Assembly (NCBI GenBank): GCA_038198475.1
Contig: JBBPZW010000122.1
Location: forward strand, 1,001 to 65,000
Direction of reading: 5' to 3'
From: Chthoniobacterales bacterium
GTDB taxonomy: Bacteria; Verrucomicrobiota; Verrucomicrobiia; Chthoniobacterales; UBA10450
Length of the DNA: 64,000 nt
The translations under genes were made by a program, and so were the position numbers. This document shows, in pieces, positions 48,826-57,436 of the stretch; position 1 is the first letter of the stretch; the number at the start of each line of letters is the position of its first letter. The notes below the pieces were generated by a model. The model did not search any database, was not told the DNA's origin, and saw only the letters and a program-made list of their open reading frames with translations.

Positions 48826-50211
48826 TCATTGCTTCGAATTTCGATATTCGGATTTCGAATTTTTCCCGCTTAGGGAACCTCCGACTGCACGTTCCAGCTC
48901 AGCTCTTGCGATCCAGTAATCGCGCCAGGCTTCGATGTAACTCCGCTCGGCCGCGACTTCATTTTGCTTGGCGAGGAGGAGGTCATAGGCACCTTTGAGC
49001 ATGTAGTTGTATTGTTGGAGGGTGAGGTTGAGCGCTTGTTGTTGCGTCGGGAGGAGGCGTTTCCCGATGTAGGAGGTGAGATCGCGCGCCGCGCTTAACT
49101 GGTCGCGTGACTCGCGCACTTCCGAGCGAATGTTAATCGCCATCGCTTCCAGCTCGCGCTGCGCCTGGCGATATTGGGCGGTGAGCTTTGCGATCTCTCC
49201 CTGGCCTTGATTAAAGATTGGCAGCTCGAGATCAAGCGTCGGCCCGGTCACGCGCTGGCCGTCGGGTTCCTTCTCCGTGTCGACCCCAATCTTGATCTCC
49301 GCCGGAACATAACGAGTCCTGGTACGCAGGGCGAGTGATTGCCCGATGAGATCGAGTTGCATGCGGGCGGCTTGCAGGTCGAGTCGCTGAGCGATGGCGC
49401 GCGACTCGAGGTGTTGCAATGAGACTTCGCTCCCTGGCAGTTCCGGCAAGTGATCGCCCATCGTCCAGTTGGTGTTTCCGCCCCATACTCCCATTAAGCG
49501 ATTGAGGCGCTCGCGGTCGCGCCGGACCTGCAACTCCGTCTGCGCGACTTCGAGGCGCGATTGCTCGTAGCTGCCTTGTTGATTGGCCAGTTCGAGGTCG
49601 CTCGTATTCCCGGCGTCGTGCAAACGCTTGGTGAATTCCGCTGCCGTTTCGTTCGTCTCGGTGATGACGCGCAACCGATCGAGCAACTGCCGCCGGGCCT
49701 GCGCAGTGTAAAAGGCAACCTTCACCTCGGCCGCGAGCTTCAGCACTTCCTCGGCGACACGAATCTCGGTCTGCGCCAGCTGTGCGTTCGCAATTCGTTT
49801 GCGCAACGGCAGCACGAGCAGCTCGAGAAAATTCTGCGCGATCGCGTATTCAATGTTCGTCCCGGAGGGCGGCCGATTCGGGAACCGGAAGCTGGCCGAG
49901 AAATTCGGGTTACTAATCAGTCCCGCCTGAATGACCTCGGACTGCGCGATCCCGATTTCCTCGAACCGCGCCTGCAGCTCGCGATTGTTGAGGAGTGCGA
50001 TCTGCACTGCGCTCCCAGCTGTTAATTGCCGACGCAAATGCGCCTGCACACCCTGCTCGATCTGCGCGTCTTCCGGGCCGCCGCGATTCCACTGCACGCG
50101 TTTGCCGGTGCGCGCGCCGACCGTGTCCTGAACGCGGTCGAGCGAAGCGCTGGGAGTCGCGCAGCCGGTCGCGAGGGAGGCGACGAGGGTTAAGAGGAAA
50201 GGTCTCTTCAT
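48826..50211 (-). CDS. TolC-family outer membrane efflux lipoprotein
   Basis: Lipobox LVASLATGCA and two OEP repeats. No adjacent adaptor or pump genes. Confidence 0.85.
   Translation of the reverse strand: MKRPFLLTLVASLATGCATPSASLDRVQDTVGARTGKRVQWNRGGPEDAQIEQGVQAHLRRQLTAGSAVQIALLNNRELQARFEEIGIAQSEVIQAGLISNPNFSASFRFPNRPPSGTNIEYAIAQNFLELLVLPLRKRIANAQLAQTEIRVAEEVLKLAAEVKVAFYTAQARRQLLDRLRVITETNETAAEFTKRLHDAGNTSDLELANQQGSYEQSRLEVAQTELQVRRDRERLNRLMGVWGGNTNWTMGDHLPELPGSEVSLQHLESRAIAQRLDLQAARMQLDLIGQSLALRTRTRYVPAEIKIGVDTEKEPDGQRVTGPTLDLELPIFNQGQGEIAKLTAQYRQAQRELEAMAINIRSEVRESRDQLSAARDLTSYIGKRLLPTQQQALNLTLQQYNYMLKGAYDLLLAKQNEVAAERSYIEAWRDYWIARAELERAVGGSLSGKNSKSEYRNSKQ
48828..48841. repeat. right arm of the 14-bp inverted repeat
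   Basis: ATTGCTTCGAATTT overlaps the last codons of the TolC-family gene. Further TTCGAA-containing repeats follow it (ATTTCGATATTCGGATTTCGAATTT). Confidence 0.8.
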
Positions 50212-50663
50212 GGTTTTGCTCCTTCCGGCGCAACGGACTTCTTGACCAACGTCATGCCGCACTTCGGACATTGACCCGGGCCGGCTTCGTGGATTTCGGG
50301 ATGCATCGGGCAGGTGAAATAGGTTCCCGCGGCCGGGATCGGCTTTTGGTTAGGCGCCATCCCACTCATGTCGTGGCCTTGATGCGACATGCCCGACATG
50401 TCGTGGTCCATGGCGCCGTCCTTCATCTTGCTCATGTCCATCTGCTTGGCTTTCTGTTCGCGATCGTCGGCCTTCGGCGAAACAAAGGTGCGAGAAGTGG
50501 CGAGCAGCTTTGGTCGCAAAGGCGCGGTGGCCGCTTCGGCAGCGTGCGGATCGGCTGGATCGGAAGCCGGCGCGGGCGGCAGATGGACGGCGCACCCGCC
50601 CAAGGCGACCACACCGGCCGCAGCAAGGACCCGGATTTTTTGAAATGGAAATTTGTCAGGCAT
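50208..50663 (-). CDS. lipoprotein with a Met/His-rich region and a C-terminal heavy-metal-binding domain (HMBD)
   Basis: Lipobox VALGGCA, MDMSKMKDGAMDHDMSGMSHQGHDMSGM, then YFTCPMHPEIHEAGPGQCPKCGMTLV. Confidence 0.7.
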   Translation of the reverse strand: MPDKFPFQKIRVLAAAGVVALGGCAVHLPPAPASDPADPHAAEAATAPLRPKLLATSRTFVSPKADDREQKAKQMDMSKMKDGAMDHDMSGMSHQGHDMSGMAPNQKPIPAAGTYFTCPMHPEIHEAGPGQCPKCGMTLVKKSVAPEGAKP

Positions 50664-50775
50664 AAAAGGTTCTGGTTGAGCGAAGAGAGTGCGCGTGCAG
50701 ACCAAGAGCAGGAAGCCCTTGGGGCACCGGACGAAACGACCTGCGAGGCTCGCGAAGGGCGAGCGCGTCAGGTCG

Positions 50776-51195
50776 TTAGCTCAAGCGGGGCGGAGCGTGC
50801 GCGAGAATGCTCCGCTGCAAAACAGATTCCGCGAAAGTGTCCGCCTCTGGCGGGCCGGTATCGATCTCGTCGATGCGCGGCTCGGAGTTCCCCCTCAGCA
50901 GGAGAGAGTCAGCCGGGAAAAAGAGCTGCACGACAAACGAAGTCGTGTCGTAGCCGGCGGAAATCTTGAGCGGGGCGATGGTGGCGGCGAGCGATTTGCA
51001 GCAGGGCAACTCGCTTTGGTTTTGCTGCTTCTCCGGCTGCGAATGCCCGGGACAGCTTTCCTGGACCGCGGTAGTGGCGACGGGCTGGATCAGGATCCCG
51101 GCGAGCGCGCAATGATCGAACGCCACCAGCCAAGCGGCCATCGTCAGCAGGGCGATGAGCGCCCGGGCGAACTGCGATGAGAGGCGGAATTTCAC
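50776..51195 (-). CDS. small membrane-anchored Cys/His protein, paralog of 46023-46541
   Basis: TM helix ending in DHCALAG, a PCC motif, and the C-terminal FAESVLQRSILAHAPP. First gene of the HMBD-OMF block. Confidence 0.55.
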   Translation of the reverse strand: MKFRLSSQFARALIALLTMAAWLVAFDHCALAGILIQPVATTAVQESCPGHSQPEKQQNQSELPCCKSLAATIAPLKISAGYDTTSFVVQLFFPADSLLLRGNSEPRIDEIDTGPPEADTFAESVLQRSILAHAPPRLS

Positions 51196-51463
51196 GGTCT
51201 ATTAGTCTCACAATAGCCGATTTCGTTCAAACAGGGTTCGCGTCAGTCGAGGAGAAGCGCTCTGGAGACGCCCTTGGCGGTTTCGAACCGCCGCTCCTTG
51301 GGCCCGGCTCCTGCCTTTAAAATCTTGCGATCCGGCGTCCTTTCCCGTATGCCGAGCGTAGTAAAATGCACGCCAGATGTTTCTTGCCAGCCGATGAAAT
51401 TATCCGGCCGGGAAGTCCCTCTCACTCATTCGATCCGATTATTCAGGACTCCACTTCAACCAC

Positions 51464-52621
51464 ATGAGCACGATCAACGCCGAAACCGCCGTCAGGGAAC
51501 GTTACGCCGCGGGAGCCAAAGCCGCCGAGGCCAAGCTTTGCTGCCCGGTCGATTACAACCCCGAATATCTCAAAGTCATCCCGCAGGAAGTGATCGAGCG
51601 CGACTACGGCTGCGGCGACCCGAGCAAGTATCTCCGCGCCGGCGAGACGGTGCTCGATCTCGGGAGCGGCACGGGCAAGATCTGTTTCATCGCCGCGCAG
51701 GTCGTTGGGCCTAACGGAAAGGTGATCGGGATCGACATGACCGACGAAATGCTCGAGGTCGCTCGGACAAACGCCCCGATCGTGGCCGAGCGGATCGGTT
51801 ACAACAACGTCGAGTTCCGCAAAGGCCGCATCCAGGATCTGGCGCTCGATCTGGAAAAGCTCGACGCGGAATTGCAGGCACGCCCGATCACCGACGGCGC
51901 CTCCTTCCTCCGCGCCGATGAGCTCGCCCAGGACTTGCGGGTCAAACACCCGCTTGTCGCGACCGACTCAATCGACGTCGTGGTTTCCAATTGCGTCCTC
52001 AACCTGGTGGAGCCGAAGTCGAAACGGCAGTTGTTCGAGGAGATCTTTCGCGTCCTGAAAAAAGGCGGGCGTGCCGTCATCTCCGACATCGTGTCCGATG
52101 AAGAAGTGCCGGAACATTTGCAGACCGACCCGGAACTCTGGAGCGGCTGCATCTCGGGCGCGCTGACCGAGGAAGGATTCCTCCAGGCCTTCAGCGAGGC
52201 CGGCTTCTACGGGATCCAGATTCTGAAACGAGACGAGCAGCCGTGGCAGACGGTCGAAGGCTTCGAGTTCCGCAGCCTCACGATTGAGGCTTTCAAGGGG
52301 AAACAAGGCCCCTGCTTCGAGCGCAACCAGGCGGTGATTTATCGCGGGCCCTTCCGCGAAGTGCTCGACGACGACAGCCACCGGATGGAGCGCGGCGTGC
52401 GCTACGCGGTGTGCGACAAGACCTACAACCTGTATCGCAAAGCGCCCTACGCCGAGTTCTTCGAATTCGTCGAACCGCGCATCGACACCCCGTTAGGCGA
52501 GGCGAAGCCCTTCGACTGCTCGCGCACCACGCGACGGCACCCGAAAGAAACCAAAGGCCAGGACTACAACGTCACAACCGAAGCCAGCAGCTCCTGCTGC
52601 GACGGCGGCAGCTGCTGTTAG
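51464..52621 (+). CDS. arsM: arsenite S-adenosylmethionine methyltransferase
   Basis: Conserved cysteines (LCCPVDY, YGCGDP, SGCISG), SAM motif VLDLGSGTG, and a Cys-rich tail [11 protein letters not shown]. Confidence 0.85.
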   Translation: MSTINAETAVRERYAAGAKAAEAKLCCPVDYNPEYLKVIPQEVIERDYGCGDPSKYLRAGETVLDLGSGTGKICFIAAQVVGPNGKVIGIDMTDEMLEVARTNAPIVAERIGYNNVEFRKGRIQDLALDLEKLDAELQARPITDGASFLRADELAQDLRVKHPLVATDSIDVVVSNCVLNLVEPKSKRQLFEEIFRVLKKGGRAVISDIVSDEEVPEHLQTDPELWSGCISGALTEEGFLQAFSEAGFYGIQILKRDEQPWQTVEGFEFRSLTIEAFKGKQGPCFERNQAVIYRGPFREVLDDDSHRMERGVRYAVCDKTYNLYRKAPYAEFFEFVEPRIDTPLGEAKPFDCSRTTRRHPKETKGQDYNVTTEASSSCCDGGSCC

Positions 52622-52696
52622 GTAGCGCAAGCTTCCAGCTTGCAGAATCTATCGCGTCCCGCGCCTGCGGGAGAAAGTCGCGCCGCCGAAAGACTC

Positions 52697-55297
52697 TCAG
52701 GCTTTCCGCACCCGACAGGCGAAACATTTGTAGGCTTGCTGCCCGGAGAGATTATCGAAATAGCGATCGTCGAGGAGCAGATTCGCCGGCTCGTAACGAG
52801 GGTCGCCGAACTCATCTCCCATCACTTGCGCAGGCCCGAAAGTGTTAGGGACAAAGATGGTGTCCTCGCGAATTCCATCCCAAAGAAGCGCGGTGCCCGT
52901 GACCGACCCGCGCGGACTCTCGACCACAATCTTATCCCCCTGCTCGACGCCGGCCTTTTTGGCGGAGTTGGGATGGATCTGCACCAGGCGAATGCCGTTC
53001 ATTTGTTTGCCGTCGTAAGTCCATTGCGTCACGCCCGCGAAGTGGACCACACTCGGGCGTCCGACCATTCCCATGAGCGGGAATTTCTCGTGCACCGCGC
53101 CGTTGCTCAGCGCCCCCAGCTTTACGTTAGGCGTGACATTCCGGGGATTGATCGGATTTTGCACCAGCTCAGTCGAATACTCGATCGAGGCGTTTTTTCC
53201 GGTCACTTCCGGATGGGTGTAAAAGATGGGCAGCGCGTGATGGCCTGCGGTGGCCAGTTTCGCGTCCAGCTCCGGAGTGAAAATTTCGATCTTGCCGCTC
53301 GCGGTTAGGAAACGCTTGCCTTTGTTCTTCGGATCGAGCGACTCGGCCGCTTCGTACCAGGAGGGATGATCGAGATAGAGTGTGCTCACGCCCGGATGCT
53401 TTTCGTAAGGGCAGGGCCAGCGCAGCGGTTCCGCCCGCTTTTCCATCCGCGCCTGGGTCATCCCACCGACGCCCGGCGTACGGGCAACAAATTCTGCCCA
53501 AAGTTTCGAATACGATTTCCATCCCGCACGCAGGTTATCGGTCCAGTATTCCGGCGGATTCTTCCGGTCGAGCTTCGCCATCGCGGCGGCGAGATCGATC
53601 CAGATTTCGATATCGGTTTTCACTTCGCCGAGGCGCGGAACGGCAGCGTGTTGCCAGCGAATCGAGCGATCATCGCGCCGCATATAAACGCCATCCATCT
53701 CGAAGCCGCTCGGGACCGGCAGAATGACATCGGCAAAATAGGCCGCCTCTTCCATGAAGAGCCCGGTGAAGACGTAAAACTCGAGTTGCTTGAACGCTTC
53801 CCGCACCTTGCTCGTGTTGGCCGAACCGAGGATCGGATTGCCTTCGGTGACGATGGCTTTGAGCTGGTAGGGGCGTTTGTGCAGGATCGACTCCGCAAAC
53901 CAATCCGGCCCCACCGGGAGCGCTTCTCCTTTCTGCGGCGTAACGACGGGCGCTGCGCGGTTTACCGGCGCCATGGCATCGGCGCGCCCCCCCGCGGCGT
54001 TATCCGCCGGCTGGTCGACCGCGCCGGCCGGCCGGCTGACCAGTTCCGGCAGATTTAGTCCGCCCGGCCATGTGTTGTGCATGAAGTTACAACCGCCGCC
54101 GTTCACTCCGATGTTGCCGGTGATCGCGGCGAGAAACGCCAGCGTGCGATAGGTGTCAAACGCGCTCAGTTGATGTGAAATGCCGGCATTGCAGAAGATC
54201 GCAGCTGGTTTCGCCCTGGCGTAGCCCTCGGCGATGGCGCGAATCTTTGCCGCCGGAATCGTCGTCACGCTCTCGGCCCATTCCGGAGTGTAATTTTTCT
54301 CCGCGAGATGCTTCTTCAGTTCGTCGAAACCGAGGACCCATTTCGCGACGAACGCCTTGTCATAAAGATCTTGCCTAACGATGTGCCCGAGCATCCCGAG
54401 GACGAGCGCCATGTCGGTGTGCGGCTTGGGCGCAATCCATTCGTCCGCCTGCGCGCCGGTCGGGGTGAGCCGCGGATCGATCACGACCAGCTCCGCCTTC
54501 GTCTTCGCGCGCTCGCGCAGGAGATAGGCAAAGGTGACCGGATGCGTCTCGGCCTGATTCGTCCCGAGGAAAAGAAAATATTTCGCCGCCCCCAGATCTT
54601 CCCGGCCGGTGTTTTCGTCTTTGCCGTAGCCGTTGGTGAAGTTGCCCATCCCGAACGTGGCGGCGAGGGCATTTCCGCCGGCGTCGTTGCAGACCGGGCC
54701 GACATCGGTGTCGTTAGGCGAACCGAGTAGGGTGAAGAAGCGGCCGATGATCGAGCCGGTCCCGCGTTGGAGCCGGCCGCTCGTTTTGTTCGCGATGGCG
54801 TGCGCTTCACCCGCGTCACGCAAAGCGAGAAACTTTTTCGCGACCGTCTCGAGCGCTTCGTCCCACGAGCAGGGCTCGAATTTCGAATCGGGCGACCCCT
54901 TTTCGCCGCCGACGCGCTTCATCGGCTTGGTCAGGCGAAACCGGTTGTAGTAGAGCTGGGTCATCATCGGCCCCTTCACGCAAAGGCCGCCGTCCTGCAC
55001 CGGGTCCGCCGTCTCGCCGAGGACATCGATGATGCGGCCGTCTTTTAGGTGCACCTTGAGCCGGCAATTCGAATTGCAAAACTGGCAGGCGCTGTCGACG
55101 ATCGTGTCGGGCTGGAGTGCGCTGGAGGATTTGGTGAAATCGAAGCCGGCGGGCGGTGGCACGTTTTGCGGGAACAGCCCCTCCGCACCGGCTTGTGCGC
55201 TGCGGTTGAGCAGCGGCGCCGCGCCGACCGCGAGCGAGCCGATGAGACCGCCTCGCAAAAATTTCCGGCGCGAAAAAGAGGATGGATCTTCAGACAT
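52697..55297 (-). CDS. Tat-exported molybdopterin oxidoreductase (DMSO reductase superfamily), substrate unknown
   Basis: Twin-arginine signal SRRKFLRGG. An N-terminal 4Fe-4S motif CQFCNSNC...C. 866 aa with a C-terminal molydopterin_dinuc_bdg-like region. Confidence 0.85.
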   Translation of the reverse strand: MSEDPSSFSRRKFLRGGLIGSLAVGAAPLLNRSAQAGAEGLFPQNVPPPAGFDFTKSSSALQPDTIVDSACQFCNSNCRLKVHLKDGRIIDVLGETADPVQDGGLCVKGPMMTQLYYNRFRLTKPMKRVGGEKGSPDSKFEPCSWDEALETVAKKFLALRDAGEAHAIANKTSGRLQRGTGSIIGRFFTLLGSPNDTDVGPVCNDAGGNALAATFGMGNFTNGYGKDENTGREDLGAAKYFLFLGTNQAETHPVTFAYLLRERAKTKAELVVIDPRLTPTGAQADEWIAPKPHTDMALVLGMLGHIVRQDLYDKAFVAKWVLGFDELKKHLAEKNYTPEWAESVTTIPAAKIRAIAEGYARAKPAAIFCNAGISHQLSAFDTYRTLAFLAAITGNIGVNGGGCNFMHNTWPGGLNLPELVSRPAGAVDQPADNAAGGRADAMAPVNRAAPVVTPQKGEALPVGPDWFAESILHKRPYQLKAIVTEGNPILGSANTSKVREAFKQLEFYVFTGLFMEEAAYFADVILPVPSGFEMDGVYMRRDDRSIRWQHAAVPRLGEVKTDIEIWIDLAAAMAKLDRKNPPEYWTDNLRAGWKSYSKLWAEFVARTPGVGGMTQARMEKRAEPLRWPCPYEKHPGVSTLYLDHPSWYEAAESLDPKNKGKRFLTASGKIEIFTPELDAKLATAGHHALPIFYTHPEVTGKNASIEYSTELVQNPINPRNVTPNVKLGALSNGAVHEKFPLMGMVGRPSVVHFAGVTQWTYDGKQMNGIRLVQIHPNSAKKAGVEQGDKIVVESPRGSVTGTALLWDGIREDTIFVPNTFGPAQVMGDEFGDPRYEPANLLLDDRYFDNLSGQQAYKCFACRVRKA

Positions 55298-55299
55298 AA

Positions 55300-56094
55300 T
55301 TAAAATGGAATGACGATGTCGGCTTTCAAGGTGACGGACGGGCTCGATCCGTTGCTCGGAAAATTTCCCCAGGTTTCGAAAACAAGGTATTTGCAGATGG
55401 GCACGAGGACGCCGGCGGAATAGAGCCAGTCGTCCCGGTTGTGTTGCTTCACCGCATCGGCTCGCAGGGTAAATAGGTCACGCGTCACCAGCGACGAATT
55501 GGGGTCGCCCGAGCCCGGCCCCTGCCCTTCTCCGGCTACCGTCGATTCCCGGGTCGTGACCGATTTTCCATCGCTCACGGCAACGAGCTTCCTGCGCGTC
55601 AGCTTGAAGGTCTTGTCCAGTCCCACGAAAGGCAGGGCGTCGCCATCCTGGATCCCGCAACCCGCGGTCACACGAAGGAATCCGAAGTCTTCGGTCAGCA
55701 CGCCATAGCCAAACGGCTGCCCCGATCGATCGCGCTGATGATCGGTGAAGGCGAGATTGGCTATGCCGCCGGCGATCGTGGGCAGATGGTCGCCTAACGG
55801 ATAGGCAACCTTCGTCTGCACGACCGCCGGGCCGCCCAGGCCGGGATAAACATGGCTGTCCGCGCCGAACTCGAAACGGAGCGGATTAATTTCGAGCCCG
55901 GTCTTAAAACCAAAATTCAGATCATCGCGGGCGTCGCCCCCCACGGTGCTGAAGGTTTGCAGAACGAGCGTCCCTTGCGGCGCGGTGTCGGCAGTGGGGA
56001 TGTTGTTGAGGCCGCTCGGGGTCGCGAGCGCCAGTTGTGGCAGAGCGGAGAGCAGGAGAGTGAAAGCAAGCGGACGAAAGAGAGATTTTGACAT
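55300..56094 (-). CDS. putative outer-membrane beta-barrel protein
   Basis: Signal peptide, alternating beta-strand-like pattern, C-terminal ...ADIVIPF. The stop lies 3 nt before the molybdoenzyme start. Confidence 0.55.
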   Translation of the reverse strand: MSKSLFRPLAFTLLLSALPQLALATPSGLNNIPTADTAPQGTLVLQTFSTVGGDARDDLNFGFKTGLEINPLRFEFGADSHVYPGLGGPAVVQTKVAYPLGDHLPTIAGGIANLAFTDHQRDRSGQPFGYGVLTEDFGFLRVTAGCGIQDGDALPFVGLDKTFKLTRRKLVAVSDGKSVTTRESTVAGEGQGPGSGDPNSSLVTRDLFTLRADAVKQHNRDDWLYSAGVLVPICKYLVFETWGNFPSNGSSPSVTLKADIVIPF

Positions 56095-56183
56095 CGGTGG
56101 ATTCTGATTCTATGCGCAGATAGGCATATTTAAATTTGAATTTTCTTGTCGAGTCAAAATTAAAATCACTTTACGCTGCCGTG

Positions 56184-56489
56184 ATGCGGCGGACCGATTG
56201 CACCGAAATCCTAAAAGCCCTGGCGGATCCAAATCGGCTTCGCTTGGTCGACGCTCTGGTCACCCGCGAGTCGAGCGTGAACGATTTGGCAAAGAAGCTG
56301 GCTCTCACGCAATACAACGTCTCCAAGCATCTCCGCGTTCTGCGCCACGCCGGCATCGTCAGTGTTAGCGCCAAGGGCACACAGCGGCGCTACGCGATTG
56401 CGCCCAAGCTCGAGGTCCGCGTCGACGAGAACGGCAAAATCCTGAATTTCGGATGCTGTTCGTTCGACTTCAATCGCCTCGCCTCCTGA
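56184..56489 (+). CDS. ArsR/SmtB family transcriptional regulator
   Basis: ILKALADPNRLRLVDAL...VNDLAKKLALTQYNVSKHLRVLRHAGIV is a winged HTH. ATG at 56184 is preferred over the TTG at 56136. Confidence 0.8.
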   Translation: MRRTDCTEILKALADPNRLRLVDALVTRESSVNDLAKKLALTQYNVSKHLRVLRHAGIVSVSAKGTQRRYAIAPKLEVRVDENGKILNFGCCSFDFNRLAS

Positions 56490-56587
56490 AGGCCGCCTCT
56501 GAATATTTTGCGTCCAACGCCTTTCTCACCTCGTAGTTTCACAAGCCGACGCTCCAACATCTGCCCATCAATTATCAGCCTAACGAA

Positions 56588-57436
56588 ATGAAAATATTCG
56601 CTTCCGTCTTCGCATTCCTCGTCATCGCCTCTTTCGCACAGGCCGACGTCTTGAAAATCAACGGTTCCACGACCGTGAACCTGCCGGCCGCGGAAGGCGC
56701 GGAAATCCTGCGTGCGGAAAAGAAGATGGACATCCAGGTCGATACGCAGGGCGGCAGCTCGGGCGGCATTTCCGCGCTCGGCGACGGCCAGGTGCAGGTC
56801 GGGATGTCGTCGAAGCCGGTGAGTGACGACGATCGAGCGAAGTATCCGAACGTGAAGTTTAACCCGGTCCACATCGGCGAAGACGCGGTCGCGATGATCG
56901 TCTCGAAAGATGTCTGGGACCGCGGGGTCAAAGCCCTGACGAAGCAGCAGATTCAGGATCTGTACGAAAGCAAAATCAAGAACTGGAACGAAGTCGGCGG
57001 CCCGGACGAGCGGGTCGTGTTTTTCAACAAGGAACCGGGTCGCGGCACCTGGGAAGTCTTCGCGCACTGGGCTTACGGCGATCCGAAGAAAGCTCCGCAG
57101 GTGAGCCTGCCGGAAGTCGGCGGCAACGAGGAAACGCGCAACAAGGTCGGCTCGACCCGCGGGGCGATCTCGCAGCTCTCCTCTTCCTGGGCAGACGGAA
57201 AGAAAGTTTTCGCGCTCGGGATCAAGACGGAGAGCGGCGAGGTGCTGCAACCGACGCCGGACAATATCGCAACGCACAAATATCCCATGAGCCGGCCTCT
57301 TTTCCTCATCACCAACGGCGAGCCGCAGGGCGAGGCGAAAGTCTTTGTCGACTTCATGCTCTCGCCGCAGGGGCAGGAGCTGGTCAAAAAGCACGGTTAT
57401 CTCGCGCTCGATCAGCTAAAGACGACGGCTCCGTGA
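56588..57436 (+). CDS. pstS: PstS-family (PBP_like_2) phosphate/oxyanion-binding protein
   Basis: Signal peptide, INGSTTV, and GGSSGGISAL motifs. At 282 aa it is shorter than E. coli PstS. Confidence 0.8.
   Translation: MKIFASVFAFLVIASFAQADVLKINGSTTVNLPAAEGAEILRAEKKMDIQVDTQGGSSGGISALGDGQVQVGMSSKPVSDDDRAKYPNVKFNPVHIGEDAVAMIVSKDVWDRGVKALTKQQIQDLYESKIKNWNEVGGPDERVVFFNKEPGRGTWEVFAHWAYGDPKKAPQVSLPEVGGNEETRNKVGSTRGAISQLSSSWADGKKVFALGIKTESGEVLQPTPDNIATHKYPMSRPLFLITNGEPQGEAKVFVDFMLSPQGQELVKKHGYLALDQLKTTAP

Noticed and set aside
49995-50969. 324-aa plus-strand ORF spanning the OMF/HMBD/small-protein genes
   Set aside because: It is extremely Arg/Ser/Gly-rich and crosses three well-formed minus-strand genes, so I treat it as spurious.
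51274-51290. 17-nt palindromic hairpin GGCGGTTTCGAACCGCC in the arsM/small-protein intergenic region
   Set aside because: It could be an operator or just a chance GC palindrome. There is no second copy, no T-tract and no known consensus, so I do not call it a feature.
52697-55297. Calling the molybdoenzyme a respiratory arsenate reductase (ArrA) or arsenite oxidase
   Set aside because: Only the genomic neighbourhood suggests arsenic. No ArrB/AioB-type partner is adjacent, and I cannot verify clade-specific motifs without an alignment. I kept it as a generic molybdopterin oxidoreductase.
56095-56183. AT-rich divergent promoter region upstream of the second arsR, with AAATTTGAATTT-like partial symmetry
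   Set aside because: The symmetry is weak and confounded by low complexity. I cannot define an ArsR operator with any confidence.
56390-57394. 334-aa minus-strand ORF opposite pstS
   Set aside because: It is the shadow frame of the clearly recognisable PstS gene and has no motifs.
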